A DNA stretch of 64,000 nt from Octopus vulgaris (Eukaryota). Every line of letters starts with the position of its first letter. The stretch's first letter is position 1. Positions 52,480-64,000 of the stretch are shown piece after piece. Location of the stretch: positions 105,896,001 to 105,960,000 of the forward strand of contig OX597815.1 of NCBI GenBank assembly GCA_951406725.2. Direction: 5' to 3'. Position numbers and translations under genes: made by a program. The notes under the pieces are model-generated. The model was not told the DNA's origin. It was given only the letters and a program-made list of their open reading frames with translations, and did not search any database.

Positions 52480-54024
52480 TAACCTCATAGGTTAAATCAG
52501 TATTAATGTATTTAATACAGTCAGTATCAAAAATATGATTTTAAATAATTATACAGTGACCGGAAGGAAACAACTTCATGTTTTCATTTCCTCACAGTAT
52601 AATTATTCTTATGCTCAACTCAATTATACATTTTAATATGAACTTTACTATTATGGGTGGAATTTTTGTGTAATTAACCTCAGTGTCTTATATTTCAAAC
52701 AGTAGTATAGTATCGTATACTAACCTTCAGAAAATATCCCTGAAAACCAAGAATTAATCTATTTTTGCAGTATCAATCACTTTTAGGTCAGTGTGAGAGA
52801 GACAGTAAAAAAATTTCAAAAGAAATTTCTATAATTGTTTACTCTGTAATTATATAAGATTGATCAATGTACTAAAAAAAATCCTATTTAATGAATGTAC
52901 TAAAGCATAATAATATAGATTCATGAAACTGTCATATGAAAGCTACTGGAGTGACCTTTAACTCCTAAAATATTACTTGTGCTTTGATTAGATTATTGAT
53001 GCAGCATCAGAGCTAATTTTAAATTACAAAGCAAATATTGATAGACGTTTTTTGAAAACTTGTGACATTAATTTTATCAGAAAATGAATTCAGAAAATTA
53101 ACTTGAGAATTTTGATGGAAAAAAACAAGTCATTTGTAAAAATTATTTTTATATATTTGTGAAGTTGAGGAAAAAATATGACAATTTCCTTAGCCAACAT
53201 CTGTGGATGATAATGTAAATATATAATATTAGTATTGATAGATAGGTCAGATACTGTTGCAATACACACATATGAAATGCTCCTTCAAAGTATGATTTAG
53301 TATTATTACTTTTAACCAGTAATTCATTACCTTTTGCCACTCTGATGTCTGAACCGACAATGACTATGATGAACAAATGAAAGTGAAATATTTACCTTAC
53401 ATTCAAGTTTTATTTTTCTTTCTTTATGGCTTAAGTCTAAGGATGAAGGGCAATGCTAATGATCTTTTGTAGGGTTTCCAAAACTGATTGTGGAAACCAG
53501 AACTCTACAATAAGAATCAGCATATCAAGAAACTGAGGACTTGGTATGAATATTTAGACCCTATTAAAAGCATTCAAGGGTCAAGCATCAGATTAATTCT
53601 CCAATCAAGAAGAAGACAGTCTATATGGTGGGCTTCTGCCCACTTTCTGTCTGTCCAATTCCACTTACAAGGTTTAAGTTAATCTAAGGTTATAGTATAT
53701 CGTTTGCTCAAAGTTCTACACAACAGGATTGAACCTAGAACCCAGTGATTATGAAGTTAAACTCTTTACCACCCAACTACACTTTTACTTATGATGTGTG
53801 TTATATAATAAGTTGCTTATTTACTGATAGCAACTTCTAATCAATGAAAAACCAAAAGTAGCAGTGTTTTGTTATCAACGGCATAAATGACTTAAGATTG
53901 CTATAACTGAAAAACAAATTGTTATAGGTCTTAAGTCACTCTCAACAAGGCAGCAGGCAACCAGCAGCAAAACAGCCTAGAATAATAATTCAGTATATTG
54001 TGAAATACAAAAGAAAAGGAAACT

Positions 54025-54396
54025 CTTTTACTTGTTTCAAGCAAATTAACCCCAGGACTTAATCTTTGTAAGCCTAGTACTTATTCTATCGGTCTCTTTT
54101 GCCAAACTGCTAAGTTACAGGGACATAAACACACCAGCATCGGTTGTCAATCGATGTTGGGGGTGGGGGCAAACACAGACACACAAACATACACACACAC
54201 AAATACATACATATATATATATATATATATATGACAGGCTTCTTTCAGTTTCCGTCTACCAAATCCACTCACAACGCTTTGGTCAGCCTAAGGCTATAGT
54301 AGAGGACACTTGCCCAAGGTTCCACGCAGTGGGACTGAACCCGGAACAATGTGGTTCGTAAGCAAGCTACTTACCACACAGCTACTCCTACACCTA
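54025..54396 (-). mobile_element. tRNA-derived SINE with internal (CA)/(TA) microsatellite
   Basis: Minus strand: GTAGCTGTGTGGTAAG A-box, GGGTTCAGTCC B-box, same body as the 13580 copy. Confidence 0.8.
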
Positions 54397-56890
54397 TAAT
54401 AAGAAAAACATTTCTTAAGAAGCTACCCTAAGAATCAAGTGATCAAAAGAAAAGTCTAAAAAGTTTAAAACAAACCAAATCAGAGAGTAGTAGGCATCCA
54501 TCAGTCTCAAGAGGCCATGGATCTGTGCCCAAAGAAATTGTGTCAGCTGCTGATGGTAGTGCAGCATCTGTTGTGACTGTAGAGGCCCTCATAAGAGTGG
54601 CAGTCTTGCATGCAGCGACTACATTTGAAGGAGCTCTTTGCCAGCACTACTGGCTTTTTAGAGACTAATTTGTTTCTAAATGATTTCTGCTGCTGATGAA
54701 GATTAAAATCTTAGAAAACTAATTAAATCTTAGTTTTCAGCTTAATTACTTGACTCATTCATGCTTTGAAATACATTCTATGCGTATATTACCAAAGCTC
54801 TAAAAAAAGGATGTGAAGAAAAGGGAATTTATAACATTTATGCCTTTCTTACAAGCCTTAACAGCATAAGTAAAGTAAATTAATCATTATCACCATCATC
54901 ATCATTGTTTTAACAACCACTTTTCCTTGCTTGCCTGGGTCAGATGGAATTTGTCAAGGCAGATTTTCTATAGCTTGATGCCTTTCCTGTCATTGACCTT
55001 CACCCATTTCCAAGTAAGGTTTACTGACCAATAAACAACACAGGCATATTTGTTAAGAATGCATAACATTTCAAAACATGTCAAGAAGTTCAGTTGTACT
55101 ATGCCACTGCTTATGTTAATAGGGAGCTTGGTGTTTTGTTTATAATCAGTAAACACAAAAAACACAGAAATACAAAATCACCAACACAAAAACATGCACA
55201 CACACATGCATATGCATGCCCACACACACACATACTTTTGACAAACTTCTTCAGTTATTGTCTACCAATTTCATCCACAAAATATTGGTCAACCCACAGC
55301 TGTAGTATACAACATTAGCTGACTACATTCATGCAGTGGGACCAGGCCCCATGGTTCTGAAGCAAATTTCTTAACTGCACAGCCACACTTATGCTACAGA
55401 AACTGCCAAATGTATATATATATTGAAGTCAAAGAAAACCAGTGGAATACAGAAAGTGGGGCAGAAATGGTAATGGCCACAAGCATCCATTTCATGGAGA
55501 ATCCATTCAATGAGTGAAATTAATTTTTTGGAAATTTGTGATTATTCTTGTTAACATCATTGTACAAGCTGCACAAGCTGATATGAATATGGATCCATGT
55601 TTTAATGAGGGAGACCAGACAAGAGAACCTGTTACATGTAAAGACTGCATGCAATGTTGATTAAGGATAATGAAAGATAGCAGTCAATCTTTGAGTGCAG
55701 TAGAATTGACTTAAATTCACACAGTATTCCATGCCACAAATGGTTGGCATTAACATTAGAATTTGTTGGTTATGCTAACACAGGCCACTAAATGCAAATA
55801 TTTGATTAGCCTGACTAATATAAGTGTTTCTGGGGAATTCGCCTAATCATGTGTTTGCATAATGCAAAGCAAATGTGCATAATCATTGCAAGCAAATTTA
55901 GTAGTAAGGGTAGCTGTAAAATGTCTTCAGATGATTGTGTTAGGCCGAGTAGCACTGGAGAACTTATATAACTCACACTTAAAAGTATGTTATAGAGAAT
56001 AATGTAGTACTATGTAAGTTATATGAAAAGAGTTGTACCTTAAATAGAGCTACAACTGTTAGATGAATTCAGCTTTCAAGGAAATTTTAGACACCACTAA
56101 AACTTCCTTGTATATTCTGATTTCAAAATGTTTACAGTATATACAGCTAAAAATAAAGTATTAGTCAAGTTAACCAGGAAGTTTCTAAGCAGTCATTCAA
56201 TCTGCAAAATATAGCAGCCAAATCTCTACTAAATCACAACTTGCTATCCTAAATTAAGAAGTTGACATTAAATAAATTAAGAAGTTGACATTAAATTCTA
56301 AGGACTCTGTTATACTGAAAGATAAGCTGGTCACAGCTGGAATACAATTGATATGTCTGCTCAATCAGAACAAAAAGACTACAACTAAAATATTGATTTA
56401 TTTTCACAAGAAACATCTCAGTGAAAAAGTTAGTCAAATTAATCAGCACAGATTATTAATAAAAATCACTCTATTCTGATTGGATATTTCCTATAGTAAA
56501 TAGTATTGGGATCTAAAGAAGAATCTGGAAAGATATAATCAAATATCATAAATCAATTAGACTGAGCCAAATATACTGGATTTATGTATTTAAATTACTA
56601 TTTCAGGAACAGATATGTCTAGAAATTTCAGAAACATTGCCACAAAACCAATGAGTATTGGTTGCTGAGATGTTATATAACTTACTATAGGCTTTTGTCA
56701 AAATAGTTAGAAGACACTTACATTGTTGGCTACCTCTAAACCATCTTATCACTCTCATTGTTTAATTTCTTTGGACTCTTTAATGTCACTTACTGTTACT
56801 TGGATTTCTTTTTTTCCTGTTGATTTATTACTTTCTGTAAAAAGTTACTTTATTTCTACATTATTTTAACAAACCTATTTCTACTTGCAG

Positions 56891-56963
56891 AGACCCAGAA
56901 CCCATAGCCCACGAAAGACATAGATCAATACACAAGAGTATAATGAAGAAGTCTCGATCTTAA
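56891..56963 (+). CDS. CCDC171: CCDC171-like probable terminal coding exon K
   Basis: tttctacttgcag|A GAC; phase 2 joins exon J to give (E)DPEPIAHERHRSIHKSIMKKSRS-TAA; AT-rich 3' region with AATAAA run near 57430-57450. Confidence 0.6.
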
Positions 56964-57039
56964 CAACAACACTAAGTTAAGACAGGATCTAGATGCTACA
57001 GCTAATACTAATATTAATAACATAACTGATATCATAACT

Positions 57040-57047
57040 AATAATAT

Positions 57048-57115
<68 letters not shown>

Positions 57116-57128
57116 ATATATATAAAGA

Positions 57129-57160
<32 letters not shown>

Positions 57161-57444
57161 CATTATATATATATATATATATAAACACACACATATATAT
57201 ATGCATATACACACACACACACATATATATATATAATTTATATTTATATATACACACACACATTTATATATAAACATATATCATTTAAAAAATATATACA
57301 TATATTTATACATGTATTTTTATAATATATATATATAGGTATTATGTGTTAGTTGTGTCATTTACTCTTCAGGAACACAAACACTCTACAGCCATCTCTT
57401 ATATGACTGTGTATGCATATGTGTTTGTGTAAATAAATAAATAA

Positions 57445-57486
<42 letters not shown>

Positions 57487-57660
57487 TTCCATATAAGTAT
57501 TTCTTTTGGGATTTATTAAGTTAACTATAGGTACAATTAAGTATATATTACAACAATTATATATTGAGTTAATATATTTGTGTGTGTATGTATATGTATG
57601 TATATATACATGTGTGTGTGTGTGTATGTATATGTGTGTATATATATATATGATAACTTT
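57040..57660. repeat. Compound (TA)n/(CA)n/(TG)n low-complexity tract in the putative 3' UTR or flank
   Basis: Direct reading. Confidence 0.9.
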
Positions 57661-58107
57661 CATTGTTATGTACTTGTCAAAGATTGCTGTAAATACTCCT
57701 TACAGAAGTAAATCATTGATGGAAGTTTTCTTAGAGAAATGTTTGTTTTTCTTTTTAATTTTTTATTTTTGTGTTCTACCATATACTTTTGACAAACAAA
57801 TTCCATACCTACTTCTTCAATTCACAATCAGAACTTCTTTTTCAGCATTTCTCATACAAAGTATAATTGTTTCTCAAAAATGATAGTTTTGAAATAATGT
57901 AAGAAATCATTTATCAGATGATTGCAAATTTGGCATCGCAGCAATGGTGAAGTCTCCCAGTCTGGTTCTAGACGAAGGATTAGGAATATATTAGAAGCAC
58001 TTCTCATCATGTTGTTGTTGTTGTTCAAGTCACTGGCTAGAATCAAACTTGGAATTCTGGGATTCCAGCCAGTGACATGAATAATAATAATAATAATAAT
58101 AATAATA

Positions 58108-58731
58108 TCTCTATTCACAAATAATACAGAACAGCCCTTCAAAATAAGCACGAAATATACAAACACTTTTTATTGCAATAACACAAACGCACATGGAAAA
58201 AATAATGATGCTAAGATTCTCTCTGGTCGAACACAGCTTCTCTATTCACAAATAATACAGAACAGCCCTTCAAAATAAGTTAAGAAAATTTACAAATTTA
58301 CATATCTACAGTTTTCAATCATACATTCGACCAGCTTTAAAAACTTTGATACCCACAATTGCCTCTGTAAACATCCTTTTTTTTTTTCTTCTCTCTAAAA
58401 ACATCACGCTTTTCTTTTTGTGGACTTACAAAACCCTAAAACTTTCTATGAAAATCTGACTTTTCTTTGCTTCCTCCCTGAATATTCAAATATAAATGTA
58501 AACATATACATTTTATTGTAAAAACACACCTGTTCTTCTAACTGGACATACAAACATCTCTAGAAAAGTCAACTTCAACCTCCACAATATTACCTTACAC
58601 GAAATATACAAACACTTTTTATTACAATAACACAAACGCACATGGGAAAAAAAAAAAAAAAATGATGATGCTAAGATTCTCTCTGGTCAAACACAACTTC
58701 TCTATTCACAAACAATACAGAACAGCCCTTC
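58108..58731. repeat. Locally duplicated segments after a (TAA)n run
   Basis: TCTCTATTCACAAA(T/C)AATACAGAACAGCCCTTC occurs three times (58108, 58238, 58698); a ~125-bp block is repeated at 58149 and 58598. Confidence 0.85.
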
Positions 58732-59214
58732 CTTAATTTTTCTTAAGCCTAATAGTAGTAAACATCTGAAATTTTTTTGACCGATAGGACCCCACCTAAA
58801 AAAAAAAAAAAAAATATCACTGATGGTGATGATGGTGATGATGATAACAATGATAGTAATAGTGCTGATAATCTATCTATCTACACACACACACACTCAA
58901 AGAGTTCAACCAACACAAACCTCACCTCGGCTCTATTGTTAACCAAATATGAAAGTATTATTTGACAGGCAAGAACTCTGGCATTGAAGACAGTCAGCCA
59001 GCCAACCACCAAGCCAGCCAACGAGACAGACAGACATTACTGTGATGGTGATAATGATAAAAAAACAAAAATAACAATAATAAGATACTGCTGTGACTAC
59101 ACATAAAACAATATCATTGATGATGATGGTGGTGATGGTGATGATGATAATGATGATGGTAATGGTGGTGATAATGATGATAGTGATAATAATGGTGATG
59201 ATAATAACAATAAT

Positions 59215-62200
59215 AAGCCGACTACGGCTGCTATAATAGTACGATTATAATTGTAACGGCAATGATGGCCGTCTTCCCACGAGCCAATCAAAGCTAAAAA
59301 ATGATAACATTATCGTAGCACCAAAATGTTTTTGGAAACTAAAAGGAAAACTAAATCAGTATACCAAATCGCTTGTCCTATGGTTAATCTGGAAGTGCGT
59401 CCCCCAGGGAAGAGCCAGCCTGGGATCGAAAAGTCATCAACTGGCACAAACTCTTCTCCGAATACGGACATGGATGGTCACTTGAACGGGAAATCCCCCA
59501 ACTCGAGCCCTCCAAGTTCACCACCACAACCACCACAGAAAGAAAAATGTAAGCGGAACAAATGGACTCGAGAAGAGTATAAAGAAGTAATATACGCTTA
59601 TTACTATGCATTAGGTAGGCCATCTCAAAAGAGACACCGCAAACTCTTACAGTATATGGAGAACACGGAATCAAGACAGTAGGCCCTATTTGGACGAGAA
59701 CAAATTAGCAAATGTGAGGAGGGATATCCTTAGAAATAACAGACTCACAGACAGTGAAATAAGCGCGATCAAGCACGCAACAGAAAATGACATAAATATA
59801 AGACACAAAGGAAATGAAGAATCAGATGACCAGTATAGCCCGCCACGAGGCTTAATTGAAAGACTGCCATCTGACCAAAGTACGCAAAGGCCTGAAGAAT
59901 CAAGAAATTCTATCGTACCTGTTAAAGATAGCCAGGAAAACGAAAAAACAACAGTAACTGAAGATCTCGCATTTGCTGAAGAACACAGAGAGTCTATGGC
60001 AGAAATGAGGCAGAAAATCCTGAATACGCTTGAAGTTGTAAGACATACAAGTATGAATGATAGAGAACCACTTCATAAACTCTCAAATACAAACCAAAAT
60101 AAAAAACAAATCCAAATTGGCAACTATGTAACAAATGAAATAATACGAGAATTAAAACCTGATTTTACTGAGTTAAATGAAATTATTTACGCTTCTGCTA
60201 GGGCAATTGAAACCAGCTGTATGCCCCCGAAAAAACAAAGAAAACAAAACCTGGGAAGAAATCAAACCTGGAGAAGTAAAATTGAAAAAGAGATTGAATT
60301 TATGAGAGGGGAAATATCAATATTAAATGAACTAATATGTGGAAATGATGTAAGATCCAGAACAGGAAGAAAGATGAAGAGAAAATCCCCTGGTAAAGAT
60401 AGGGTGCCGAATTTCTGGCTCGCATCGCTCCCATGCACACACGGTAAGCTAGTTCAGCTGCTCAATGGAATTATGAGAGACCCAAAGAAAACACCTGAAT
60501 GGTTAGCAAGTGACTTTACCTACCTACTCCCAAAGAATAACGAAACCAACCTTCCAAAAAATTATCGGCCTATAACCTGTCTATCCACCACGTATAAAAT
60601 CCTAATATCTATCCTGGCGGAGAAAACATATGCATTCATGGAGAAAAACGATATTTTCCCCATTGAACAAAAAGGGTGCCGCCAAGGCTCTTACAGATGC
60701 AAAGATCAACTGCTAATCAACCGTATGATCCTTGAGAACTGTCACAACAAGCGCAGAAATCTCAGCACCGCATGGATTGACTATAAAAAGGCTTTCGACA
60801 GTATACCGCATCCATGGATCTTGAGATCGCTGGACATCTTCAAAATTTCCCCTGTGATTTCAAACTTCCTGAAGCACAATATGTCGTTGTGGAATACGAA
60901 TCTCCAATTATACCACTCTAATGGAGTACTTGCCTCAGAAAATATAAACATCAACTGTGGAATTTTTCAAGGTGACTCACTTTCACCTTTAATATTCTGC
61001 ATAGCCCTAATACCCCTTACAAGTGAATTAAACAGAACAGGGTATGGGTATAAAATTGCCAATAAAAAAATAAGCCATCTATTTTATATGGATGACTTAA
61101 AACTTTATGGTAAAGACAATAATGAACTTGAAGGCCTATTGCGCACCGTGAAAGCATTCAGCGATGACATCGGGATGGAGTTTGGACTTGAGAAGTGTGC
61201 CAAGGCCACTTTCCAGAAAGGGAAAGTGAAGATCACAAATTCAGTCGTGTTAGATGTTGACACAGTCATAAGAGAGCCTGAGCAAGAACAAACATACAAA
61301 TATTTAGGGATAAATGAAGGCTCTGGTATTCAGCATGCAAGCATGAAAGAGAAGATCAGGAAGGAATGTTATAGGAGAGTTCGTGCAGTCCTGAAATCTG
61401 AACTAAATGCACGTAACAAGGTGTTAGCTATAAATTCCTTTGCAGTTCCAGTTGTTACTTTTAGCTACAATGTGTTGAACTGGAATATGAGTGAAGTAAA
61501 GAATATAGATAGGAAAATACGCAAGCTGCTGAGTTGTAATAGGATGCACCACCCAAAGGCAGACGTAGATCGCCTTTACATTCCCAGAGCCCAAGGAGGT
61601 CGAGGCCTGATCCAATTTGAACTAGCTTACAAAACAACCACAATTGGACTGGCCAAATATCTCGAAATATCGAATGACTGGATGCTAAAGCTCATGGAAC
61701 ATCACAAGAGACGAAAGAAGCTTCATTCTATCATAAAGGAAAGCAAAAAATTTGCTATTGATCTCGTGCAGGATACCCAAACTGAACAACCCAAGGGAAG
61801 TACGGCTGATGTTGACCAGAAGCAAACCCATCAGTGGCTACGGAGCTCAGGGCTAAAAGCAGAGAGCGAAGGTTTCATCCTGGCTGCTCAAGATCAAAGC
61901 CTATTAACCCGGAACTACCAGGCCAATGTGATGAAAAATGGAGCAGACCCAAAATGCCGATTCTGCAACGACATGATTGAAACAGTGGATCACCTAATCT
62001 CTGGATGTAAAGTCTTAGCACCAGTGGAGTATAAATTAAGACATGACAGAGTTGGCCAATATCTCCACTGGCTAATAAGTTGGCATTACAATATCAAAAC
62101 TGCCGACAAGTGGTATAATCACCACCCTGAGGCTGTAACTGAAGGAGAAAATGTAACCATTCTGTGGGACTTTCCAGTACATACAGACCGAACCATCAAG

Positions 62201-62692
62201 GCCAATAAACCAGATATTGTTGTGAAAGACCAAAACAATAAAGTTTGCTTATTGATCGACATGAGCATCCCCTGTGATCATAATATCTCAGCGAAAGAGT
62301 TTGACAAGCTCAGAAAATATAAAGACCTACTCATTGAAATTGAGAAAATGTGGCATCTCAAGGCTGTTACAATACCAGTGATCGTAGGAGCACTAGGAAT
62401 GATCAAGAAGGGAACCGAAAATTATATGAGAATGATCCCTGGCTTACCATCCCTGCAAGAAGTGCAAAAGATTGTCTTAACTGGTACATCACACGTATTG
62501 AGAAGAGCATTGTCGATGTGAGAACTGTTGCTGCTCATGTATTTTAATTTAACTTAAAAAAAAAAAAAAAATGAACGAACTACTGAGTTTGGTTTAATGG
62601 CCTACCAATGTATACTATGAGTTTCTTTGCCCTAGGAGTCGGGAAGACACTCGGCAAGAAATGGATGCAAATTTGAAAGAAGAAAAAAAAAA
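59215..62692 (+). mobile_element. Dong/R4-clade non-LTR retrotransposon (RT + CCHC + restriction-like endonuclease) in a trinucleotide microsatellite
   Basis: RT motifs, CCHC and PD..D nuclease in one ORF; A-rich 3' end followed by (TAA)n; GAT/AAT/GGT repeats upstream. Confidence 0.9.
59326..62521 (+). pseudogene. Dong/R4 polyprotein: one frameshift near 59625, then a 943-codon open frame with apparent internal deletions
   Basis: KWTREEYKEV (frame 1) continues as YSIWRTRN...DENKLAN (frame 2); YRPITCL, WIDYKKAFDS, GIFQGDSLSP, FYMDD, CRFC...HLISGC, RHD, KPDIVV...ID, K..KY. Confidence 0.9.
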
Positions 62693-62714
62693 GTAATAAT
62701 AATAATAATAATAA

Positions 62715-62855
62715 CGAAAAATACTTTAGGAATGAGAACCCAGGTTTGAAATTTCCCCAAGACACCTGATGAAGGCTGGAGGGTATATCAGCAAAACGTT
62801 GTGTTAATAACAAACAAGATGAGGACAAATATCTGTTAAAATATAAATAATGCAC
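62715..62855 (+). mobile_element. Short Penelope-type pLTR/UTR remnant carrying a minimal hammerhead-like motif
   Basis: GACAC-CTGATGA-A-GGCTG..CAGC-AAAACGTT-GTGTT. Confidence 0.55.
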
Positions 62856-63072
62856 TTTTCATATATTTTGAAAAAGGACATGCACACAGTATTTTCCTTC
62901 CTCCATCAAAAATCTGAAGGTATAAATATACATTCCATGAGCAATGCATTGAGTATGTAGCATGAATGTGTAAAAAGCCATTATCTGCTGTGCAAATTTA
63001 CTTTCTTCTCAATTCTCGTCTTAGAGAAGGAAGTGTAGAGATAGAATATCATAACTTCAAATGTCTTCATAA

Positions 63073-63240
63073 CATCATCATCATCATCGTTTAACGTCCA
63101 TTTTCCGTGCTAGCACGGGTTGGACGGTTCAACCGGGGTCTGGGAAGCCAGGAGGCTGCACCAGGCTCCAGTCTGATCTGGTAGTGTTTCTACAGCTGGA
63201 CGCCTTTCCTAACGCCAACCACTCCATGAGTGTAGTGGTT
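63073..63240 (-). mobile_element. Short RTE 3' tail
   Basis: (CAT)n CGTTTAACGTCC...TTTCTACAGCTGGA...AACCACTCC, same as the other copies. Confidence 0.85.
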
Positions 63241-63729
63241 AAGTTTTTGAGTGTAAATCAGCAGCAGGATGCTTTATGACAGATACATGCTTGTAACAAA
63301 TTTAGAACTGAAGGCTCTGTGGAGCTCAACTGCTAAATAAGTTAACATAACATTTCACTCATCTCCAAGACTGATTAGTAAAGTACCTAACTGACTAAAA
63401 AATGCTGGATGTTAGATATAGAAGTTAAATTATTAATACTTTATATACAAAGCTGTTTTGAGCAACAGACTTGCTATTTATTTATAAGGTTGTTTTGTTG
63501 CTGTGGGAAAGACAAAAGAGAGTTTGCTGAAGGTTGATAAGTTTTGTTGCCTTGAAGAACCCATTCTCTGTATGTAAGGGATTGAAAACTGCAAGGTAAA
63601 ACAATATATCTTCAAAATTCTTTGTATCAAGTTCTGCCATAAATTCTTTGTATGTAAGTGTGTGTATATCACTATATATTATTTATTTCTACTAATATCT
63701 CCATCTCACCCAAAAGATAATGTATTTAA

Positions 63730-64000
63730 CATCATCATCATCATCTTTTAACGTCCACTTTCCATGCTGGAATGGGTTGGACAGTTTGACTGAGGACTGG
63801 TGTGCCAGATGACTGCACAAGGTTCCAATCTGATCTGGCAGCGTTTCTACAGCTGGATGCCCTTCCTAACGTCAACCACTCCGAGAGCATAGTGAGTGCT
63901 TTTATGACTGGCATGAGTGCCAGTCAGGCATTACTGGCAACAGCTACACTCGAATGTTATTTTTCACGTGCCACCAGCAGAAGCGTCAGTAAGGCGATGC
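63730..64000 (-). mobile_element. RTE 3' end running off the window edge
   Basis: Same tail and 3' UTR motif as the 28262 copy. Confidence 0.85.

Noticed and set aside
54685-54742. CTGATGA-AGATT..AATCT-..GAAAACTAA..TTAGTTTTCAGC hammerhead-like string
   Set aside because: Needs extra nucleotides before GAAA and at the cleavage site; AT-rich stems are plausible by chance
56925-57883. YI/CV-rich ORFs of 79-125 aa
   Set aside because: Translations of (TA)n/(TG)n tracts
59255-59290. TCCCACG loop suggesting an HDV-like ribozyme in the Dong 5' UTR
   Set aside because: Could not build P1, P2 and P1.1 pairings

Overview
AT-rich, microsatellite-rich eukaryotic DNA. The repeat landscape (RTE LINEs with (GAT)n tails, Dong/R4, tRNA-SINEs, mariners) suggests an octopus or other coleoid cephalopod; this is an inference. 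The window holds the last 11 coding exons of a + strand coiled-coil gene that I recognise as CCDC171. They run from 15 to 56963 (1884 nt, 627 aa + stop), with GT-AG introns and consistent phases throughout. The introns and 3' flank are filled with mobile DNA: several RTE LINE copies (with a PHD-like Cys/His finger inside the RT region and a variable hairpin array in the 3' UTR), three mariners (one with an open 350-aa D,D34D ORF), a Penelope-like GIY-YIG fragment with an inverted 5' segment, a Dong/R4 LINE, pogo- and piggyBac-type MITEs and nested SINEs. The most notable non-obvious signals are three hammerhead-ribozyme-like motifs, a tRNA-Asp/RTE-tail chimera, a 40-bp intronic hairpin, and inverted repeats bracketing exons. 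I found no convincing wholly new multi-gene system. Most short ORFs in the track are repeat or microsatellite artefacts.
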